Origin: Infirmifilum sp.
GTDB lineage: Archaea; Thermoproteota; Thermoprotei; Thermofilales; Thermofilaceae
DNA length: 50,065 bases
Reading direction: 5' to 3'
Assembly (NCBI GenBank): GCA_041287245.1
Contig: JBEULP010000042.1
Coordinates: forward strand, 1 to 50,065
Shown: positions 44,775 to 50,065 of the stretch, piece by piece
Layout: each line of letters starts with the position of its first letter
How positions within the stretch are numbered: the first letter of the stretch is position 1
The notes under the pieces: model-generated
What the model was told of the DNA's origin: nothing
The model's database searches: none
Seen by the model: only the letters and a program-made list of their open reading frames with translations
Translations under genes and position numbers: made by a program

Positions 44775-46109
44775 ATGGTTACTTTATCGCGCGCAGAGCT
44801 TGACAGACTGCTGGAAATGCGTTTCTACGGGCTTAACTCTGAGGGTATAGGAGGCCGAATACGTCAAGAGCTGGAGGATTTCATTGTCCTCGAGATAAGC
44901 TTTGACGGCGTTAGAGCTTCTTCCCGATGTAGCGAAATACCTCTGGGAGCAGGGGATTTTACCTGGATTGTTGTCGAAAAGAGAGGAGTTGACTCTATAA
45001 GTGCTGTGCGGAGGATTCAGAGGTTTCTAGGTATTAAAAAGAACAGTATTAGCTTCGCCGGTCTTAAGGATACCTCTGCCGTCACATTCCAGTTTGTCTC
45101 GGTTTCTGGAAGAATCCCCCCTGAAAAGATAGAGGAATTTAACAAGGTGAACACGAGGGTTAAGCTCTACTGCCCAGTATACAGGCCTTTTCCCCTGCGC
45201 CCTGGTCTCCTTTTCGGAAACGAGTTCACGGTAAGGGTGCGCGAGGCTGAAACCAGCCTTCTTGAGAGGCTGTTACAAGAACTCGGCGAGGTTCGAGGAA
45301 TCCCCAACTATGTGGGCTACCAACGCTTCGGCAGCATAAGACCAGTGACTCATATTGTAGGAAAAAACATTATTCAGGGAAAATTCAAAGAGGCTATTGA
45401 AGAGCTTCTCCTAAAAATATTTCCAAATGAGTCGGAGATCGCCAAGAAGGCAAGAGAGTACCTCGCTTCCACAGGCGACTACAAGGAGACGCTTGAAATT
45501 TTTCCAAAAAGCATGAAAAGTGAAAGAGCAGTCATCGCACACCTCGCCGAGAAACCCAACGACTACGTAGGGGCTCTGAGGAGCATCTCAAGTTACATCA
45601 GAAAACTATATGTCGGAGCTTACCAAGCTTATCTTTTCAACAAGGTTCTCAGCAGGAGAATAGAAGAGGGACTTTCCTGGATATACCCCTCCGTGGGAGA
45701 CTACGTGGGCATACTGCCTAGTGCCTCGCATTTTGAGCACACGTCTGTCCTAATCGCTAATGATACAAACCTCGCAAAGCTGCAAAGGCTGATAGAGGAG
45801 GAGAAGGCTGTTCTCCTAATCCCTATCTTCGGGTATAACACGAATCTATCCCAGGGAAGGCAGGGAGAAATTGAGAGAAACGTACTGAAAGAGGAAGGCA
45901 TAGACATCTCGCGTTTTTACGTGAAGAGTATACCGGAGGCGTCTTCTGCGGGAACATATAGGCCAGCAAGCCTAATTCCCCTCAAACTGAACTACAATAT
46001 TTTGGGGAGAGATGTCGTTTTCTCGTTTATCCTTAGGAAAGGAATGTACGCGACGACCCTGTTGCGTGAATTTATAAAGCCCGAGAACCCTGTGATTCAA
46101 GGGTTTTAG
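44775..46109 (+). CDS. truD: tRNA pseudouridine(13) synthase TruD
   Basis: EDFIVLE, FAGLKD, GNEF, PNYVGYQRFG, KGMYATTLLRE. Confidence 0.96.
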   Translation: MVTLSRAELDRLLEMRFYGLNSEGIGGRIRQELEDFIVLEISFDGVRASSRCSEIPLGAGDFTWIVVEKRGVDSISAVRRIQRFLGIKKNSISFAGLKDTSAVTFQFVSVSGRIPPEKIEEFNKVNTRVKLYCPVYRPFPLRPGLLFGNEFTVRVREAETSLLERLLQELGEVRGIPNYVGYQRFGSIRPVTHIVGKNIIQGKFKEAIEELLLKIFPNESEIAKKAREYLASTGDYKETLEIFPKSMKSERAVIAHLAEKPNDYVGALRSISSYIRKLYVGAYQAYLFNKVLSRRIEEGLSWIYPSVGDYVGILPSASHFEHTSVLIANDTNLAKLQRLIEEEKAVLLIPIFGYNTNLSQGRQGEIERNVLKEEGIDISRFYVKSIPEASSAGTYRPASLIPLKLNYNILGRDVVFSFILRKGMYATTLLREFIKPENPVIQGF

Positions 46110-46110
46110 G

Positions 46111-48507
46111 ATGCCGTTGATACCCAAGGAGCATTTAGACGAAGTATATGATGAGCTTGTCAAGGCTAGGAAAGCAAACCATAGACGCCTCCTGGTCATC
46201 TTCAGCGATGATGACTCCAGATTAGTCACTGCTGCTCTTGATTTTCTCTACGAGATAAAGGAGTTGGTTAAAGACGGTACTGTTCTCTACACTTACCATG
46301 CCTTCTACTCTGACGGGGCTATGCGACGCGAATTGTTTGCGCGTGGCGCTCCTAAGGATGTCGAGATAGAGTACACGTCTTATCATAACCTGGACGTGAT
46401 ATTAGGCCGAACCTATAGCGCTTGTATCGCAGACCTGCTGAACAACCTCGAGCCCAACGACCTTGGACGCTTAATGGGCGTCGTAAAAGGAGGCGGTCTT
46501 TATATACTTCTGTTACCCAGCCAGCAGAAGATTCTCAATAATGTCACGCGTTTCCAGACAAATCTGCTTGTCCCGGGCTATGAGCCTAGAGATCTCAAAC
46601 GGTTTTTCATGAGACGCTTCATCAGGAAAATCTTCGAGCATAACGGTATAGCTGTGTACGACGCTGACGCCAAGTATTTCGTTAAGAAGTTCTCCTCTGA
46701 AGCGACCGGAGGGGCTGTGGAACGGAGACTGGTTTTTCCCGAGAAATCCCGAATCCCCCTTAAGGTCTTCAAGCTCGCCTTAACCCAGGATCAGGTGGAG
46801 GTTCTAAAAAAGTTCGAGACTCTTTACGAGAAGACAAGTAAGAAAAAGACTTTCGTATTGACTGCGGATAGAGGAAGAGGTAAGTCTTCCATAGTAGGAA
46901 TAGGCTTGGGCTGGCTTGTTCATAGACTTCGACGTGCAAAGGGGAAGTGTAAGGCAGTAGTGACAGCGCCGGGAGAGACAAACGTACAAGAGGTTTTCCG
47001 GTTTGCACGGAGCGTCCTAGAGCTCTACAACCACACCCTAGATATTCATGAAAACGACGGTGTCATTGTCAGTATAACCGGTAAGGGAATAGAGATTGAG
47101 TACTTGCCTCCGCTAGAGGCTACTAGAGCCAGAGCAGATATTCTCGTTGTAGACGAGGCTGCATCGGTTCCCGTCCCGCTGTTGTTCAAGCTGCTTGAGA
47201 GGTATGATAAGGTAGTTTTCTCCACGACCATCCACGGATACGAGGGGTCTGGACGCGGATTCTCGATCCGGTTCATGAGGCATTTGAAGAGCCGGGAGGA
47301 CGTTGAGGTTATAGAATACGAAATGGAGGAGCCAATCCGCTACGAATTAAACGACCCTATCGAAAAGTGGATTTTCGACACTCTCCTCCTCGATGCTGAG
47401 CCCATAGCGCTTACTGAGAAAGATGTTAAGAGCATTGAAAGTAAGGACGTTGTTTATCACGTACCTGATGAAAAGCAGTTCTTCCTGGAGGATGAGGAAA
47501 CCCTACGACAGTTCTTCGGGATATATGTCATGGCCCATTATAGGAATAACCCCAACGACCTCGGAATCATGATGGAGGCTCCACACCATTTCGTCAGAAT
47601 GGTTAAGACCCCCTCGGGAAAGGTTACTGTATCATTAGAGCTTGCGGTTGAAGGTCCGCTAGGTCCAGAGCTTTCCAGAGAATCCGCGAAGGGCGCCTGG
47701 CTGATGGGAAACATAATTCCCGACCGGCTTATAAAACATTATAAAATCTTGGATTTCGGGGACCTAAGAGGAATAAGGGTAGTTCGCATAGCAACACACC
47801 CACAGGTTATGGGGAAGGGATTGGGAAGCCTTGCTTTACAACGACTCGAAGAAGAAGCTAGACAGAAAGGTTATGACTGGATAGGTGCCGGTTTCGGGCT
47901 GACAGAAGAGCTTCTAAAGTTCTGGGTTAAAAACGGCTTTATCCCCGTCCACCTCAGCCCTGAGCGGAACCCTGTGAGCGGCGAGTATACACTAATAGTT
48001 ATAAAACCGCTAAGCGAGCGTGCTGAGAAAATTGTTAACATCATAGCACGCGAGTTTAAGGAAAAGCTACTAGACTCTCTCCCCTCGCCATATTACGACC
48101 TGAACCCTCAGGCGGCTTTAACTCTACTCGAGGCAACACCTCGTTTTGAAACAACTCTGAATTTATCACTCTTGAAGAAGGCCCGGTTCCTAATGTACGC
48201 TTGGGGGGACATGACAATTGAAAACTGCATGGATGTGATGGTTTACCTCGCTAAATACTATTTCAAGACGCCGAAACAACCAGCGCTGAGTCACTTCCAA
48301 AAGCTATGCCTTATCTCAAAGATCCTCCAGGCGAAAAGCTGGCGCGCAGCACTAGAGGATCTACAGACAACAATGCCCCAGCTCACAGCCGAGTTAAAAG
48401 AGACAGCTAAGGTTTTCTCAAGGGAATTCCTTGGGGTGGGTAGCCCTGAGGATGCGTCCCGGTTTTTCTTCTTAAGGCTTGAAGATGTCCTATCAGAAGT
48501 GAGTTAA
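46111..48507 (+). CDS. tmcA: RNA cytidine acetyltransferase TmcA/Nat10
   Basis: TADRGRGKS, DEAA, STTIHGYEGSGRGF, AHYRNNPNDL, RIATHP. Confidence 0.96.
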   Translation: MPLIPKEHLDEVYDELVKARKANHRRLLVIFSDDDSRLVTAALDFLYEIKELVKDGTVLYTYHAFYSDGAMRRELFARGAPKDVEIEYTSYHNLDVILGRTYSACIADLLNNLEPNDLGRLMGVVKGGGLYILLLPSQQKILNNVTRFQTNLLVPGYEPRDLKRFFMRRFIRKIFEHNGIAVYDADAKYFVKKFSSEATGGAVERRLVFPEKSRIPLKVFKLALTQDQVEVLKKFETLYEKTSKKKTFVLTADRGRGKSSIVGIGLGWLVHRLRRAKGKCKAVVTAPGETNVQEVFRFARSVLELYNHTLDIHENDGVIVSITGKGIEIEYLPPLEATRARADILVVDEAASVPVPLLFKLLERYDKVVFSTTIHGYEGSGRGFSIRFMRHLKSREDVEVIEYEMEEPIRYELNDPIEKWIFDTLLLDAEPIALTEKDVKSIESKDVVYHVPDEKQFFLEDEETLRQFFGIYVMAHYRNNPNDLGIMMEAPHHFVRMVKTPSGKVTVSLELAVEGPLGPELSRESAKGAWLMGNIIPDRLIKHYKILDFGDLRGIRVVRIATHPQVMGKGLGSLALQRLEEEARQKGYDWIGAGFGLTEELLKFWVKNGFIPVHLSPERNPVSGEYTLIVIKPLSERAEKIVNIIAREFKEKLLDSLPSPYYDLNPQAALTLLEATPRFETTLNLSLLKKARFLMYAWGDMTIENCMDVMVYLAKYYFKTPKQPALSHFQKLCLISKILQAKSWRAALEDLQTTMPQLTAELKETAKVFSREFLGVGSPEDASRFFFLRLEDVLSEVS

Positions 48508-48565
48508 AACACTTGCGTGAACCAGGGGCGTATCAGAAAAAGCGCGCAGAGGAGGAAGTCAAAAT

Positions 48566-49627
48566 TTATTCTTCGGGAATGATGTTTGCAACAAGCTTTA
48601 GATTTTTACAGCTCAGGCATAGTCCACAATGATTGCATTTCTCAGAAGCGATTATTATACTAGTGTGGAGTGCTTGTGATCGGCTGTCGGCTTCGAAAGC
48701 ACGATAAGGACATAGATTTATGCAATGAGGATCACGAGACACATCTATAGCCGGTCTAAGCAGCTCAGGTATGTGTGGCCACCGGACAGGTATCTCATTT
48801 TCTAACCCGGTTGTTCTGGGGGGATCTACAACGCCCGAGAGAAGGGCTGTATCGAAGAGCAGGACGTCGAAGGTATTTTCAACTGCTAACTCGCCAAAGA
48901 ACTGTTCTGGAATGTCGCTGATATATGCGCTCGGTAGGTTAGTCCCCGCGATGAGCTTCGCCCAAATTAGAGCGTATATCCTAGATAATGCTGGCGCGTG
49001 TATACGGAAGAACTCTTTCCCGATAGAGTAAGTTAAATGAGGAGAAAAGATTAGAGCTGCAATACCAATCGACTTGAGCTGTTGTAGAAACTCGTGGCTG
49101 AAAGGGGTTGTCGGTGAAACTTTAATGAACACAGGCCTGCTAGAGTCTGAAACAAACTCTTCAACCATGTCTATAGCATAGGACTCGAAGCCTCGCTTAC
49201 CACCTGTGAGGAGATACGTCAACCCAAGGTCTATCTCGTAGCCGTCTACTTTCCCCGAGAAGCGAGAGGCAAGGGTCCTTAACGAGGAGAGGCGGGGTGA
49301 TGCTAGAGAAGCAACAATCCTGTAGTCACCGTTACCGCGTATCCTTAAAGCTATATTCTCAACCTCCTGCGTTGTAAACGAAAACGGCCTTGTAACGATT
49401 ATGTAGTCGCTCCAAGACGAAAAATATTGCAAAGTTATCCTAGTCCTTATGCTCTGCGGGGGCGGGACAAACAGCTCTTGATCTGTCACAGTAGGCAGGA
49501 AAAATATGCTCAGTTTATTCTCATGGCTTAGAAGAGAATCAACCATTTTGTAGAATATTACATCCTCACTGCTTACCCCCCTAGGCTCTTTTAACTGAAG
49601 CCCTGCAAAATAGACCGCGCGCGCCAA
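48566..49627 (-). CDS. Degenerate dihydroorotate/dihydropyrimidine dehydrogenase-like protein with C-terminal ferredoxin motif
   Basis: FAGLQLK, IVASL, DGYEIDL, PVFIKVSP; CINLCPY..CNHCGLC. Confidence 0.55.
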   Translation of the reverse strand: MARAVYFAGLQLKEPRGVSSEDVIFYKMVDSLLSHENKLSIFFLPTVTDQELFVPPPQSIRTRITLQYFSSWSDYIIVTRPFSFTTQEVENIALRIRGNGDYRIVASLASPRLSSLRTLASRFSGKVDGYEIDLGLTYLLTGGKRGFESYAIDMVEEFVSDSSRPVFIKVSPTTPFSHEFLQQLKSIGIAALIFSPHLTYSIGKEFFRIHAPALSRIYALIWAKLIAGTNLPSAYISDIPEQFFGELAVENTFDVLLFDTALLSGVVDPPRTTGLENEIPVRWPHIPELLRPAIDVSRDPHCINLCPYRAFEADSRSQALHTSIIIASEKCNHCGLCLSCKNLKLVANIIPEE

Positions 49628-49690
49628 GTTGCTTCACGAGAAAATATATTTTAGAGAGAATTAAATAACTAACCTAAGCTTAAACTCTGG

Positions 49691-49739
49691 ATGATGAAGA
49701 GTACCAAAGATGAACAATGATAGAAGAACTCTCGGCTGA
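49691..49739 (+). ncRNA. Box C/D guide sRNA
   Basis: C ATGATGA, 12-nt guide AGAGTACCAAAG, D' ATGA, C' ATGATAG, 12-nt guide AAGAACTCTCGG, D CTGA, then a T-run. Confidence 0.85.
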
Positions 49740-49751
49740 TTTTTAAAAAAA

Positions 49752-50065
49752 TTAACTAAGCATTTTTCTAAATTCCTCGGCTATCCTCCTGTATTTCTCG
49801 AGATCCTCCTTCGTAACGCTCGGCTTTACCGCGTCTAAAGCCTTCTGGAAGTGTTTCATGGTCACTTTAGTCGGCTTGCCAGCCTCTCTCAAGGCAGTTA
49901 TCGCGGCTTCTCGGCATACGGCTGCGATGTCTGCTCCTGTGTATCCTTCCGTCTTCCTGGCTAGCTCGGCTAGGTCTACGTCTTCGGCTAGTGGCATCCT
50001 GCGCGTGTGAACCTTGAATATCTCAAGCCTAGCCCTCTCGTCTGGCGGCGGTACATAGATAAGCC
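49752..50065 (-). CDS. cdc48: CDC48/VCP AAA+ ATPase, 3' end (partial)
   Basis: IYVPPPD..ARLEIFKVHTRRMPLAEDVDL..TEGYTGADIAAVCREAA. Confidence 0.93.
   Translation of the reverse strand, partial: LIYVPPPDERARLEIFKVHTRRMPLAEDVDLAELARKTEGYTGADIAAVCREAAITALREAGKPTKVTMKHFQKALDAVKPSVTKEDLEKYRRIAEEFRKMLS

Noticed and set aside
1..50065. CRISPR array or cas genes; the DinG-like helicase as type IV CasDinG
   Set aside because: No regularly spaced direct repeats and no recognisable Cas proteins in the window.

Overview
Archaeal chromosomal window, most consistent with a Thermoproteales crenarchaeon (Thermofilaceae-like; inferred from gene content, leaderless/TATA promoters and intron-containing tRNAs). 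The backbone is housekeeping: thermosome, 3 intron-containing tRNAs, unlinked 5S rRNA, GGR and Tes lipid enzymes, EF-1beta, MBF1-HflX-Trm56-TFE, Topo VI, Pth2, TruD, TmcA and Cdc48. Three accessory-looking systems stand out. (1) 6.0-15.8 kb: a Ced/Ted-like DNA-transfer operon (pilin-like, two CedA/VirB6-like membrane proteins, VirB4/HerA-like ATPase) is transcribed divergently from a ParA/MinD, coiled-coil, VirB11/TadA-like ATPase and mini XPD/DinG helicase operon. The two promoters carry the same 10-bp motif, and a 74% GC structured non-coding element follows the helicase. (2) 37.0-44.3 kb: a type IV pilus cluster (pilins, adhesin-like proteins, TadC-like platform) with no ATPase of its own. 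(3) Three CdvA-like coiled-coil proteins, one with a PRC barrel and one with a Zn finger. Also seen: a C/D box sRNA, two small ORFs missing from the ORF track, and several apparently degenerate enzymes including a DRG-type pseudo-GTPase. All family calls come from motif reading, not database searches.
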